Below are positions 1-8,174 of a stretch of DNA of 53,702 bases, piece after piece; the stretch's first letter is position 1; each line of letters opens with the position of its first letter. Made by a program: the position numbers and the translations under genes. Origin of the DNA: Clostridiales bacterium DTU036 (GTDB taxonomy: Bacteria > Bacillota > Clostridia > Peptostreptococcales > Acidaminobacteraceae); assembly GCA_001512625.1 (NCBI GenBank), contig LFTD01000109.1, positions 1 to 53,702 on the forward strand, in the 5' to 3' direction. A model generated the notes under the pieces. The model was not told the DNA's origin. It worked only from the letters and a program-made list of their open reading frames with translations, and ran no database searches.

Positions 1-35
1 TGGTCAAAAATTGAAATTTGGTGTATACTATTCAT
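1..35 (-). CDS. possible 5' end of a leftward gene running off the window (MNSIHQISIFD...)
   Basis: Minus-strand ATG at 35 with AAAGGAG (43-49) 7 nt upstream. Only 11 codons are visible, so the product is unknown. Confidence 0.25.
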   Translation of the reverse strand, partial: MNSIHQISIFD

Positions 36-75
36 GAGAAAACTCCTTTCGGGTACTTGTTTAGCTTTCACTAGC

Positions 76-84
76 ATTATACCA
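76..84 (-). promoter_or_regulatory. extended -10 element TGGTATAAT for the leftward gene
   Basis: Reverse complement of 76-84 reads TGGTATAAT, about 40 nt upstream of the ATG at 35. No good -35 was seen. Confidence 0.3.
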
Positions 85-319
85 TGAAACGCGAGTTTTC
101 TTTTATTTTTCAAGTAAAACTAAGGTTTTATTTCTCCTGTGACACAGGTGGTAGGAATATCTATGAAAACCCTATTTAAGAACCCTTTTTCCAGTATAAT
201 CAGAGCTTTTTGGTAGAAAAAGTATTTAACAACTCACCTAGGCCTTTAAATTCAAAGCCTCTATACATCGCAATTACCTCAAATAACACTAGCGAAATTA
301 GCGGTAGGTTTAGGGTAGC

Positions 320-348
320 TTGTTGTTAACTCCTAATAATGCTATAAT
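320..348 (+). promoter_or_regulatory. putative sigma-A promoter of ychF
   Basis: TTGTTG (320-325), 17-nt spacer, TATAAT (343-348) preceded by TG at 340-341. Confidence 0.4.
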
Positions 349-401
349 AATAAGGTTGTATTAATCTTTTATTACTCGTTTTATTAAGGAGACTTTTATA
401 A

Positions 402-1481
402 ATGAAATTAGGAATTGTAGGACTTCCAAATGTTGGAAAGAGTACACTGTTTAATGCTATTACCAAAGCCGGAGCAGAAAGTGCCAACTATCCTTTTTGC
501 ACCATTGACCCCAACATGGGAGTGGTAGATGTCCCAGATCCTAGGCTGGCATCTCTAAGTAAACTCTATAACTCAGAAAAGATTCTTCCTGCACAGGTTA
601 CTTTCTTTGACATAGCGGGCCTAGTCAAGGGAGCTTCCCACGGAGAGGGACTAGGCAACAAGTTTCTTTCTCACATAAGAGAGGTGGATGCCATCCTTCA
701 TGTAGTAAGGTGCTTTGAAGATCCTAATGTCACCCACGTTGAAGCAACAATTGACCCCAAAAGGGATATTGAAATAATAAATATGGAACTTATACTGGCT
801 GACCTTGAGGTCCTGGAAAGAAGAAAATCCAGAGTTGAAAGACAGCTTAAGGGAGACAAGGCCTATGCAGTAGAATATAATCTGATTCTAAAGCTAATTG
901 CCCACCTAGAAAATGAAAGAAGGGCCAAGTCCTGCCCCCTAGAAAAAGAAGAGGTTGCCATCTATGAACAGATGCAGCTTCTAACTTCAAAGCCAGTTAT
1001 CTATGTGGCCAACGTCTCCATGGAGGACCAAAATCCTGCTTCACTAAAAGATGTTGAGGCAATAGCTAAAGCAGAGGGGGAGCTAGTCCTTCCTATTTCA
1101 GCCCAGATAGAAGAAGAAATTGCTGACCTTGATGATGAGGATAAGGAGCTTTTCCTAAAAGAAATGGGCCTTGAAAGCTCAGGACTTGATAGGCTTATTA
1201 GGGCCAGTTACGCCCTTTTAAATCTCATCAGCTTTATTACCGCAGGACCCACAGAAACAAAGGCCTGGACCATTATGAAGGGCACTAAAGCCGTTGACGC
1301 AGCAGGTAAGATCCACAGTGACATACAAAGAGGTTTTATTAGAGCTGAGACCATTAGCTATGAAGAGCTTAATAGGATAGGATCCATGGTCAAGGCCAAG
1401 GAGCTTGGAGCTGTAAGACTAGAAGGTAAGGAATATGTTGTTAAAGATGGAGATGTAATCCTCTTTAGATTTAATGTCTAG
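402..1481 (+). CDS. ychF: ribosome-binding ATPase YchF (Obg-like GTPase family)
   Basis: 359-aa ORF with P-loop GLPNVGKST at the N-terminus and a characteristic YchF C-terminus (VKDGDVILFRFNV). AAGGAG at 386-391. Confidence 0.95.
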   Translation: MKLGIVGLPNVGKSTLFNAITKAGAESANYPFCTIDPNMGVVDVPDPRLASLSKLYNSEKILPAQVTFFDIAGLVKGASHGEGLGNKFLSHIREVDAILHVVRCFEDPNVTHVEATIDPKRDIEIINMELILADLEVLERRKSRVERQLKGDKAYAVEYNLILKLIAHLENERRAKSCPLEKEEVAIYEQMQLLTSKPVIYVANVSMEDQNPASLKDVEAIAKAEGELVLPISAQIEEEIADLDDEDKELFLKEMGLESSGLDRLIRASYALLNLISFITAGPTETKAWTIMKGTKAVDAAGKIHSDIQRGFIRAETISYEELNRIGSMVKAKELGAVRLEGKEYVVKDGDVILFRFNV

Positions 1482-1504
1482 ACCTTGGTAGCAAGGTCTT
1501 TTTT
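1481..1504 (+). terminator. rho-independent terminator after ychF
   Basis: GACCTTG-GTAG-CAAGGTC hairpin followed by TTTTTT. It starts at the last base of the ychF stop codon. Confidence 0.7.
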
Positions 1505-1514
1505 AAGGAAAAAT

Positions 1515-2237
1515 ATGAACAATTTAAGACTAGATAAACTCCTAGTCAAAGCTGGCCTAGGAACCAGAAAAGAAGTAAAAAAACTTATTAAAAAGGAAGA
1601 AATCAGAGTAAATGGTCAGGTAATAAAAGATCCGGGCTTTATTGTAAATCCCCAAGAAGATATAGTCAGCCTTGGCAATAAGGAAATCCACTACCAAGAG
1701 TTCTACTACCTTATGCTTAATAAACCCCAAGGCTATGTATCTGCTAAAGTAGACAACCTCTACCCCACTATTATGGAACTGGTTCCCCAGGACTATAGCC
1801 ATCTGGACCTTTTTCCCGTTGGAAGACTTGACCTAGATACACTTGGCCTAATGATTATTACCAATGATGGCCACCTCTCCCATAGCCTTAGTTCACCCAA
1901 AAGGGCTGTACCCAAAACCTATCTAGTTGAAGTAAGAGGAGAACTTGCAGAAGAAGATAAAAAAAGGATTTCACAGGGACTAGACCTAGACGACTTTACC
2001 AGCCTTCCAGCCCAGCTTGAGATCCTAGAAAGTGGTCCAATTTCAAGGGCAGAGCTAACCATAACCGAGGGCAAGTTCCACCAGGTCAAAAGAATGTTTC
2101 AGGCCCTTGACAAGGAGGTTATCTATCTCGAGAGAATTAGACTGGCAGGGCTAGAATTAGATGGAGATCTAGAACTGGGCCAGCTTAGGGAGCTCAGCGC
2201 CGAAGAAGTAAATATGCTAAAAAATTATCCGCTGTAA
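1515..2237 (+). CDS. RsuA/RluB-family rRNA pseudouridine synthase (S4 domain plus catalytic GRLD motif)
   Basis: N-terminal S4-like LRLDKLLVKAGLGTRKEVKKLI and catalytic PVGRLDLDTLGLMIITNDG. ATG 1515 is preferred over TTG 1485, because the upstream codons lie inside the ychF terminator. AAGGA at 1505-1509. Confidence 0.85.
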   Translation: MNNLRLDKLLVKAGLGTRKEVKKLIKKEEIRVNGQVIKDPGFIVNPQEDIVSLGNKEIHYQEFYYLMLNKPQGYVSAKVDNLYPTIMELVPQDYSHLDLFPVGRLDLDTLGLMIITNDGHLSHSLSSPKRAVPKTYLVEVRGELAEEDKKRISQGLDLDDFTSLPAQLEILESGPISRAELTITEGKFHQVKRMFQALDKEVIYLERIRLAGLELDGDLELGQLRELSAEEVNMLKNYPL

Positions 2238-2255
2238 TCAGCGGATTTATTCTTT
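2229..2255. terminator. hairpin/terminator shared by the pseudouridine synthase gene and the convergent small ORF
   Basis: CCGCTG-TAAT-CAGCGG with the stop codon in the loop, followed by a T-rich tract. Confidence 0.55.
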
Positions 2256-2464
2256 ATAAAGCTTGGCCTCTTTACCTATATCTATAATAATTTTCTCACC
2301 GTCTTTTCTAATAGTACCTATACAAGAAAGACCATTTTCAAAGTGTACAAGGCAGCCGCCCGTTTTCTCATCAATCCATCCTTGTCAACATAAGCTACCC
2401 TAAGAAATTTCTCTTGCTCTTCACTTGAGAGCTGGCCCCATCCCACGGCTTCATAATTTTTCAT
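2247..2464 (-). pseudogene. small ORF (about 72 aa if repaired) interrupted by a frameshift
   Basis: GAGGAGG (2470-2476) sits 5 nt upstream of ATG 2464. Frame 0 gives MKNYEAVGWGQLSSEEQEKFLRVAYVDKDG and then stops after 48 codons. The -1 frame continues WIDEKTGGCLVHFENGLSCIGTIRKDGEKIIIDIGKEAKLYKE to TAA at 2247-2249. Confidence 0.4.
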
Positions 2465-2528
2465 AACTACCTCCTCTAGCCTGCTCTACTATATTTATTC
2501 TCAGCTAGGAGCCCTTCAAACATATTTC

Positions 2529-3053
2529 TCAAATTAAGTCAAAACTCTTTATTACTCTATAACTAGCCCCTCTGGGCCCCAGCTTAGACTCATAAAGCTT
2601 AAGGCTCTTTACTTCCAAACTATCAAGGTTAATATCCACCTGTTCAAGACTAAAGCCCTCCTCAAACTCCACTCCCCTCATGATACTTATATGGGGCAGG
2701 AATTTCTTTTTATCATAGACTTGACCAATACTATCTAAGGCTCGCCTTACCTGCTTATTAAACTCTAAAAGTTCCCTAGTCTCTTCGAGTTCCAAGTAAA
2801 CAAGCTCCTCCCTGGGTCTCTTAAAGGAGGCTAGCCCCCTTGGTAGAAGTTTAATCCCATTAAGTGGAAGTTCATCTAAAACATGGATAAGGCTTACAGG
2901 GTCACTAATATCCCCTATAAACTGCATGGTTAAATGGAGGTTTTCCCTAGCTATGGGCCTGGCCCTAAAAGCCTTCTTTAGAAGCTGGTTTTGAACCTCA
3001 AATATTTCCCTTTTCCAGTTTTCACTTATATCTAAAGCCAAAAATACTCTCAT
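2529..3053 (-). CDS. thpR: RNA 2',3'-cyclic phosphodiesterase / 2'-5' RNA ligase family (2H phosphoesterase)
   Basis: 174 aa with two H-x-T/S motifs (HLTMQF and HISIMRG) at the spacing typical of LigT/ThpR. Confidence 0.8.
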   Translation of the reverse strand: MRVFLALDISENWKREIFEVQNQLLKKAFRARPIARENLHLTMQFIGDISDPVSLIHVLDELPLNGIKLLPRGLASFKRPREELVYLELEETRELLEFNKQVRRALDSIGQVYDKKKFLPHISIMRGVEFEEGFSLEQVDINLDSLEVKSLKLYESKLGPRGASYRVIKSFDLI

Positions 3054-3130
3054 AGTCCCTCCCTCTCTTTTAATATAGCATTTTTGATGAAATATTCCTT
3101 AGCCTTGGTATAATAGGTTTGGAGGTAACT

Positions 3131-4732
3131 ATGAAGAAAAAATTATACCTAGCCTTTCCAAGTATTAAACTGGCTTCCCCCCTTGAAAATGGTCCTATAA
3201 TCCAAAAACTCCTAGACCAAGGTCAGGATGGTCAGCTTATTATTTTCCCTGCCCTAAGCCTAACTGGTGATGGACTAGGAGATTTAAATATGCAGCCCTC
3301 AATCCTTGCGGCCAGCTTAGAGGCCCTTAATAATCTATCCACCAAAGTGCCTGCCCTAATTGGCCTACCCATAGAAATAGACGATAGGCTTTTCTCTGTT
3401 ATGGCCTACCTAGAAGGTGATAGAGTCTTAGGATATTACCCTATTAAAAGCAAAGAGGCCATCTTTTGTGATCCCCAGCTTTTCCCTAGTGACAAAGTCA
3501 CAGATATAGAACTATTTGACCTATCCATCTACTTAGATGATGAATTTAATACCCCCTATCAAAGCTATGAGTTTCCAACTAGCCCCAGCCTTTACCTAGG
3601 CTGTCCTGAAAGCTACTCCATATCTGGAGGTATCCACAGTTCTGAGTACTACTTTAGTGGTAATGTTAAGGAGTCTGCTAGATGGAACCAAGGCCTGGTC
3701 GGGCTAGAAGTAAAGCTTAATAAAGGCTTACTAAAAATCCATTCTTATAAAGAAGTAATAAGCACTATAGAAGGCCCCTACCCCTTCCTAAGAAAAAGTA
3801 GAGACTACCAGGCCCTTTTGGACTTCCAAGCTAGAGCCTATGGAAATAAACTTGTTAGAACAGGCCTTGCTCACTCAGTTATAGGTATAAGTGGGGGCCT
3901 TGACTCAACCTGGGCCTTAATAGCTCTTAAAAGAGCCCATGAGCTAATGGACCTACCCCTGGAAAATATCCACTGTATAGTTATGCCAGGCTTTGGTTCC
4001 TCTCAAGACACCATGGATTCTGCGACAAACTTCCTAAAATACCTGGGTTTTAAGGGAGAAGTAATCTCCATAGATACAGCTGTCCTCCAGCACTTTAGAG
4101 ATTTAAACCATGACCCTAAAGTCATGAATCTGGTCTATGAAAACTCCCAGGCCAGAGAGAGAACCCAGATTCTTATGGACCTGGCCAATAAGTACAATGG
4201 ACTGGTGGTAGGGACAGGGGATATGAGTGAAATAGCCCTGGGCTGGTCAACCTATAACGGGGACCAGATGAGTATGTATGGAATCAATGCCTCCATCCCC
4301 AAGACCCTCATAAAGGATCTAATATTCTGGTATGCTAGTAATTCAGAGGAGGATTTAAAGAAATCCCTCCTTCACATCCTAGGTAGACCCATAAGCCCTG
4401 AGCTTCTTCCTCCCGATGAAAAGGGAGCCATTATTCAAAAAACAGAGGAGCAGGTGGGCAAGTATGAAATAGTGGATCTTATCCTCTACCATTTCTTAAT
4501 GAAAAAAGATCTAGGTGAAATCTATAAGAACCTTGAAAGTTTCTACCCCCAGCTTAGTCCTAAGGAAATAAAAGACAACCTAGCCAGGTTTTTCTCTAGG
4601 TTTATTAGCCAGCAGTTTAAAAGAACTGCCAGCCCCCATGGAGTAAAACTTACTAGCCCTTCTATCCTAGACTTTGAAATGGCAGCAGATCTTACCTCTT
4701 CCTACTTTTTAAAGGAGATAGAAAAACTATGA
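3131..4732 (+). CDS. nadE: NAD+ synthetase with a degenerate N-terminal nitrilase-like domain
   Basis: PP-loop SGGLDST and the conserved C-terminal synthetase region (GTGDMSEIALGWSTYNGDQMSMYGINASIPKTLI). ATG 3131 with GGAGG at 3121-3125 is preferred over the track start at 3119. Confidence 0.85.
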   Translation: MKKKLYLAFPSIKLASPLENGPIIQKLLDQGQDGQLIIFPALSLTGDGLGDLNMQPSILAASLEALNNLSTKVPALIGLPIEIDDRLFSVMAYLEGDRVLGYYPIKSKEAIFCDPQLFPSDKVTDIELFDLSIYLDDEFNTPYQSYEFPTSPSLYLGCPESYSISGGIHSSEYYFSGNVKESARWNQGLVGLEVKLNKGLLKIHSYKEVISTIEGPYPFLRKSRDYQALLDFQARAYGNKLVRTGLAHSVIGISGGLDSTWALIALKRAHELMDLPLENIHCIVMPGFGSSQDTMDSATNFLKYLGFKGEVISIDTAVLQHFRDLNHDPKVMNLVYENSQARERTQILMDLANKYNGLVVGTGDMSEIALGWSTYNGDQMSMYGINASIPKTLIKDLIFWYASNSEEDLKKSLLHILGRPISPELLPPDEKGAIIQKTEEQVGKYEIVDLILYHFLMKKDLGEIYKNLESFYPQLSPKEIKDNLARFFSRFISQQFKRTASPHGVKLTSPSILDFEMAADLTSSYFLKEIEKL

Positions 4733-5373
4733 TAATAAACTATATTTACCATAGCTGCTATGAAATTCTTACTGATAAATACCAGATAATAATAGACTAC
4801 TTTAGGGGCCCCATTAATCTAAGAAAGGACAGGGAAATAATCTTTCTTGTCAGCCATGGCCATGAGGACCACTATACAAAAGAAATCCACTCCATGGCTG
4901 ACTGGGTTTTTCTATGGGAGGGAATTGATTACAGAGATGAAAAGACCATTCCCCTAGCCCCTGGAGATGAGTATTTATATAAGGACATCTCAATAAGGAC
5001 CAGTGGCTCTACTGACCAAGGCCTATCTTTTGAAATTGGAGTTGAAGGAAAAAGACTGATCCATGTGGGAGACCTCAATAACTGGATTTGGCCAGAGGAC
5101 AGCCAAGAGGAAAGAAGAGCCATGGAAGAGGACTTTCTAAGCTACCTTTCTGTCTTTAAAAAAGAACCTGACATCCTCTTTTTCCCAGTAGATTACAGGC
5201 TGGGAGAAAATTATGATTCGGGAGTAGACCAAGCCCTAGAAATACTCAGGCCCTCCCTACTCTTCCCCCTGCACTTTACAGAGCATCCGGAAATTCTTCC
5301 CATTTACAAAGAAAAAATTAAGGACAAGGTTAGAATGATCCTACCAGATGAAAGACCCTACCAGGTTATATAG
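4729..5373 (+). CDS. MBL-fold metallo-hydrolase (UlaG/COG2220-like)
   Basis: H-x-H-x-D-H motif SHGHEDH and N-terminal HSCY. Its start overlaps the nadE stop by 4 nt (ATGA). Confidence 0.75.
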   Translation: MIINYIYHSCYEILTDKYQIIIDYFRGPINLRKDREIIFLVSHGHEDHYTKEIHSMADWVFLWEGIDYRDEKTIPLAPGDEYLYKDISIRTSGSTDQGLSFEIGVEGKRLIHVGDLNNWIWPEDSQEERRAMEEDFLSYLSVFKKEPDILFFPVDYRLGENYDSGVDQALEILRPSLLFPLHFTEHPEILPIYKEKIKDKVRMILPDERPYQVI

Positions 5374-5381
5374 GTATTTTA

Positions 5382-5405
5382 AAAGGGACTCACCAGAGTC
5401 CCTTT
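5382..5405. terminator. 10-bp hairpin between convergent genes (MBL hydrolase and grdD)
   Basis: AAAGGGACTC-ACCA-GAGTCCCTTT. Confidence 0.55.
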
Positions 5406-5416
5406 AAGTTATTCCA

Positions 5417-6580
5417 CTATCCTATATAACCAGCATCGGTTAAGATTTGAATGGCAACGCCTACCTTAGTTTCATTAACCATTACAATAGGTCCTGTGCA
5501 ACCCATGCCGCTAGAGGCATAAATGCCTTCCTTCCAAAGAACTTTAACAGCATCTTCTAGTTCGAGAATGTCTATTCCAGAAATCTCGCCAGTAGTTACT
5601 TCCTCTGGTGGAGCAGTAACTTCCTCTTCTGCTGCCGCCTTGTCTTTAGACTGAGTAAGTCCTTCTAGGATTGTATCAAGTCCAGCCGCCTTAGCCTTTT
5701 TATATTCAGCCTCAGCAACCTCATTAACCTTGCCTATAACTAGGTCCTTAGCATAGCCTAGAGCGTTGGTTACAACAGGTGAACCACTTACTCTAGAAAG
5801 AATTAGAACCAGCCTATCAAAGCCTTGTCCCATTCCAGGACCATATCCATCACCTACAGCTTCAAAGTTTCCGCCGGTATGGAAGGAGGAGAAGGTCTTC
5901 ATAAGAAGGTTACCTGTTAAGGTATCAGTTACCATAACATCTGGTGTTCCTCTTAAGAGGTCATTTCCTCTCATTACTGTACCGCCATCAGCCCTATCGC
6001 TCTCAGCAAAATTGATTTTATAGCCACCTTCACTGAGTTCTCTTAGAGCTCTTTCAACAGTACGGGCACCATCGACATTTAAAATACCAACTGAAGGATC
6101 GGGGTTTCCAGCAGCCTTAGCCGAAACAATTCCAGCAATGGCATTAAGCACCATGGCTTCATTACGGTGGGCTGAGCTAGTTCCTGTGGTTGTTGCAACA
6201 TACATCTTCTTACCAAAGCCAGGAGTTACTGTTCTTCCAACAGTGGATACTCCTATAGGGAAGCTATAGTGCATGGTTACACAGCCCTGGATTCTTCCGC
6301 TATCAAGGAGTTCTTCCATAACTTTGTACTGCACATCTTCGCTTTCCACTTCAACAAGTGTAAGATCTGTCTCTACCTTTGGTCCAATCAGAACTACTTC
6401 CACATCTGCATTATCTTTTTGGAAATTTTCAGCGCCTTTTAAAAGATTATCAACACCAAGTTCAGATCCATAAAGAGTAAGCCCTAGGGCAATCTTATCG
6501 TGGAAAAGGCCTGTCTCAAGACCAGTGGCAATCTCATCGAATACTTCTCCAATAATTGCCTTAACCTTTAGATTTTCCAT
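5417..6580 (-). CDS. grdD: glycine reductase complex component C, alpha subunit
   Basis: 387 aa, last gene of the grd operon. Size and position match GrdD. Confidence 0.85.
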   Translation of the reverse strand: MENLKVKAIIGEVFDEIATGLETGLFHDKIALGLTLYGSELGVDNLLKGAENFQKDNADVEVVLIGPKVETDLTLVEVESEDVQYKVMEELLDSGRIQGCVTMHYSFPIGVSTVGRTVTPGFGKKMYVATTTGTSSAHRNEAMVLNAIAGIVSAKAAGNPDPSVGILNVDGARTVERALRELSEGGYKINFAESDRADGGTVMRGNDLLRGTPDVMVTDTLTGNLLMKTFSSFHTGGNFEAVGDGYGPGMGQGFDRLVLILSRVSGSPVVTNALGYAKDLVIGKVNEVAEAEYKKAKAAGLDTILEGLTQSKDKAAAEEEVTAPPEEVTTGEISGIDILELEDAVKVLWKEGIYASSGMGCTGPIVMVNETKVGVAIQILTDAGYIG

Positions 6581-6588
6581 CTTTCCTC

Positions 6589-8115
6589 CTATTGATTCAG
6601 GGAAGCTGCAAAGTCTCTCATGGCTTCAGCTACCATGGAGCGGATTTCCTCCTTGGAAATACTTCCTTCTTCCTCTTGGAGGCCAGGGTTCTTTTCTATT
6701 ACGACGGAAACTCCATCAAATAGGTTAGTCATACGTCCTAGGAAGAGTGAACCCTTACCTACGATCATAGCCCTGTTAATTTTTCCACTTGTAATATCAT
6801 CAATTGCAAATCCTAGGTATGGAACTCCTGAAGGAATATGTCCCTGTGTTGGAGCCCAGCCCACCATTCCATGATTTGCTACAAAGTCATTTATCTCACT
6901 GCGCTCAAGGTCTTTTCTCATTACACCAAGGGCTGCAATCATCTTGTAGTTAGCAGTTGGGACATCACCAGCACCAGCAGGTACGGTAATATCTGGGTTT
7001 TGCATTTCTACAGAGTATCTATCAATATCTTTAATGCTAAGTCCAGCCTTATCAAGAACTGAAGTTGTAAGAGCGCCAGTAACATTTTGGGGTGATGAGC
7101 CAGTACCTACGGTATGGCCACCAACAATGTCTGTTCTAATAATTGGATTCACACCATCATTTTCAGATATTAAAGCTGCAAAACCAGCCACAGCATCCTC
7201 TAGGATAGGTAAGCCCTTTTCAACGTGGTTCTTGCCATTCATACCAAGTTTAGCAGTTGCACCACCAGCTGCAATTACTACATTCTTATAAACTCCAGCC
7301 TTTACAAGGGCTGCAGCCTGAATAAGAGTATGGGCAGGAGCAGCACAGAAACCACGGGTATCAGAACCTGTAGCATTCATACAATCTGTCATCTCTGCAA
7401 TAGACTTGGCGAAGTTTCCCCCACCTCTTTGGTTCATATCACCACAGGCTTCTTCTGAGCACTCAATAACATAATCAACATCTTTAGGGTCGATATTATT
7501 AAGAGTAAAGAGTCTCTCCATAGCCATGGCTCCAGAAGCCTTAACAACAAGGTTTTCAAAGATAACATGGGCATTAAGGTTAACGTCGATGTCGTGGGCA
7601 CGCTCAACACAACCTACGATTTTTCCTTCAAATAAAAGGGCTTCAGCGCCACGTTTTTCGATTTCTTCTTCAATCTTAGCTAGTTCAACACCAGCAGGAA
7701 GATTTTTCATTTTCTCATTAATCTTATAACCTTCAAGTTTAGGGCGAACAGCTTCAGTAAATTCTTTTTCAAGAATAACTAGACCAAAAGCGTCAGCAGC
7801 TTTAATCATTGCTATAAATACGTCTTCTGGATAAATTTCTCCCTTTTTACCTAAAGTACTAGCTCCCTCTACAGCCTTACCAACCCAGGGCATACCCATT
7901 TCTTTAAGCTCATCTGGCGTAATATTGCCAATATAGCACTGGTTAGGGGGATAGCTTACTACTTCATCAAAAGAACGTAGGCTAGAGCTAACTTTCTTAA
8001 GATATTCACTTTCAGGATTAACAATTTTTTCGGTAGTTTGAGTAGTACCGTTATTAAGCACCATTTCAGGTGTATGAGCCAGGATATAACTAGCTGCTTT
8101 TAAAACTGGGAACAT
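6589..8115 (-). CDS. grdC: glycine reductase complex component C, beta subunit (thiolase/ketoacyl-synthase-like)
   Basis: 508 aa, immediately downstream of grdB. GAGGAGG at 8121-8127. Confidence 0.85.
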   Translation of the reverse strand: MFPVLKAASYILAHTPEMVLNNGTTQTTEKIVNPESEYLKKVSSSLRSFDEVVSYPPNQCYIGNITPDELKEMGMPWVGKAVEGASTLGKKGEIYPEDVFIAMIKAADAFGLVILEKEFTEAVRPKLEGYKINEKMKNLPAGVELAKIEEEIEKRGAEALLFEGKIVGCVERAHDIDVNLNAHVIFENLVVKASGAMAMERLFTLNNIDPKDVDYVIECSEEACGDMNQRGGGNFAKSIAEMTDCMNATGSDTRGFCAAPAHTLIQAAALVKAGVYKNVVIAAGGATAKLGMNGKNHVEKGLPILEDAVAGFAALISENDGVNPIIRTDIVGGHTVGTGSSPQNVTGALTTSVLDKAGLSIKDIDRYSVEMQNPDITVPAGAGDVPTANYKMIAALGVMRKDLERSEINDFVANHGMVGWAPTQGHIPSGVPYLGFAIDDITSGKINRAMIVGKGSLFLGRMTNLFDGVSVVIEKNPGLQEEEGSISKEEIRSMVAEAMRDFAASLNQ

Positions 8116-8140
8116 CTATTCCTCCTCAATAAATTGTGAT

Positions 8141-8170
8141 AAAAAGGGGTGATATTTCTATCACCCCTTT
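8141..8170 (-). terminator. strong intra-operon hairpin between grdB and grdC (partial terminator or processing site)
   Basis: The minus strand reads AAAGGGGTGATA-GAAA-TATCACCCCTTT followed by TT. This is a 12-bp perfect stem. Confidence 0.55.
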
Positions 8171-8174
8171 ATTA

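Noticed and set aside
115-400. Unusually long (about 290 nt) AT-rich spacer upstream of ychF. It has a CCTGTG-A-CACAGG palindrome (145-157) and a 17-codon mini-ORF (163-216).
   Set aside because: No terminator/antiterminator pair and no riboswitch-like conserved core. The mini-ORF has a weak RBS. It is treated as a divergent promoter region only.
5766-8000. Many 60-100-aa plus-strand ORFs antisense to grdD/grdC. Similar antisense ORFs lie inside grdE, hppA, opp genes, pgk, tpiA, kbl and elsewhere (for example 1557-1802, 4929-5123, 10162-10374, 17166-17363, 30024-30416, 40231-40485).
   Set aside because: All lie wholly within long, well-supported genes on the opposite strand or in another frame. 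They lack RBSs and have Ser/Pro/Leu-rich, low-complexity translations typical of shadow ORFs.
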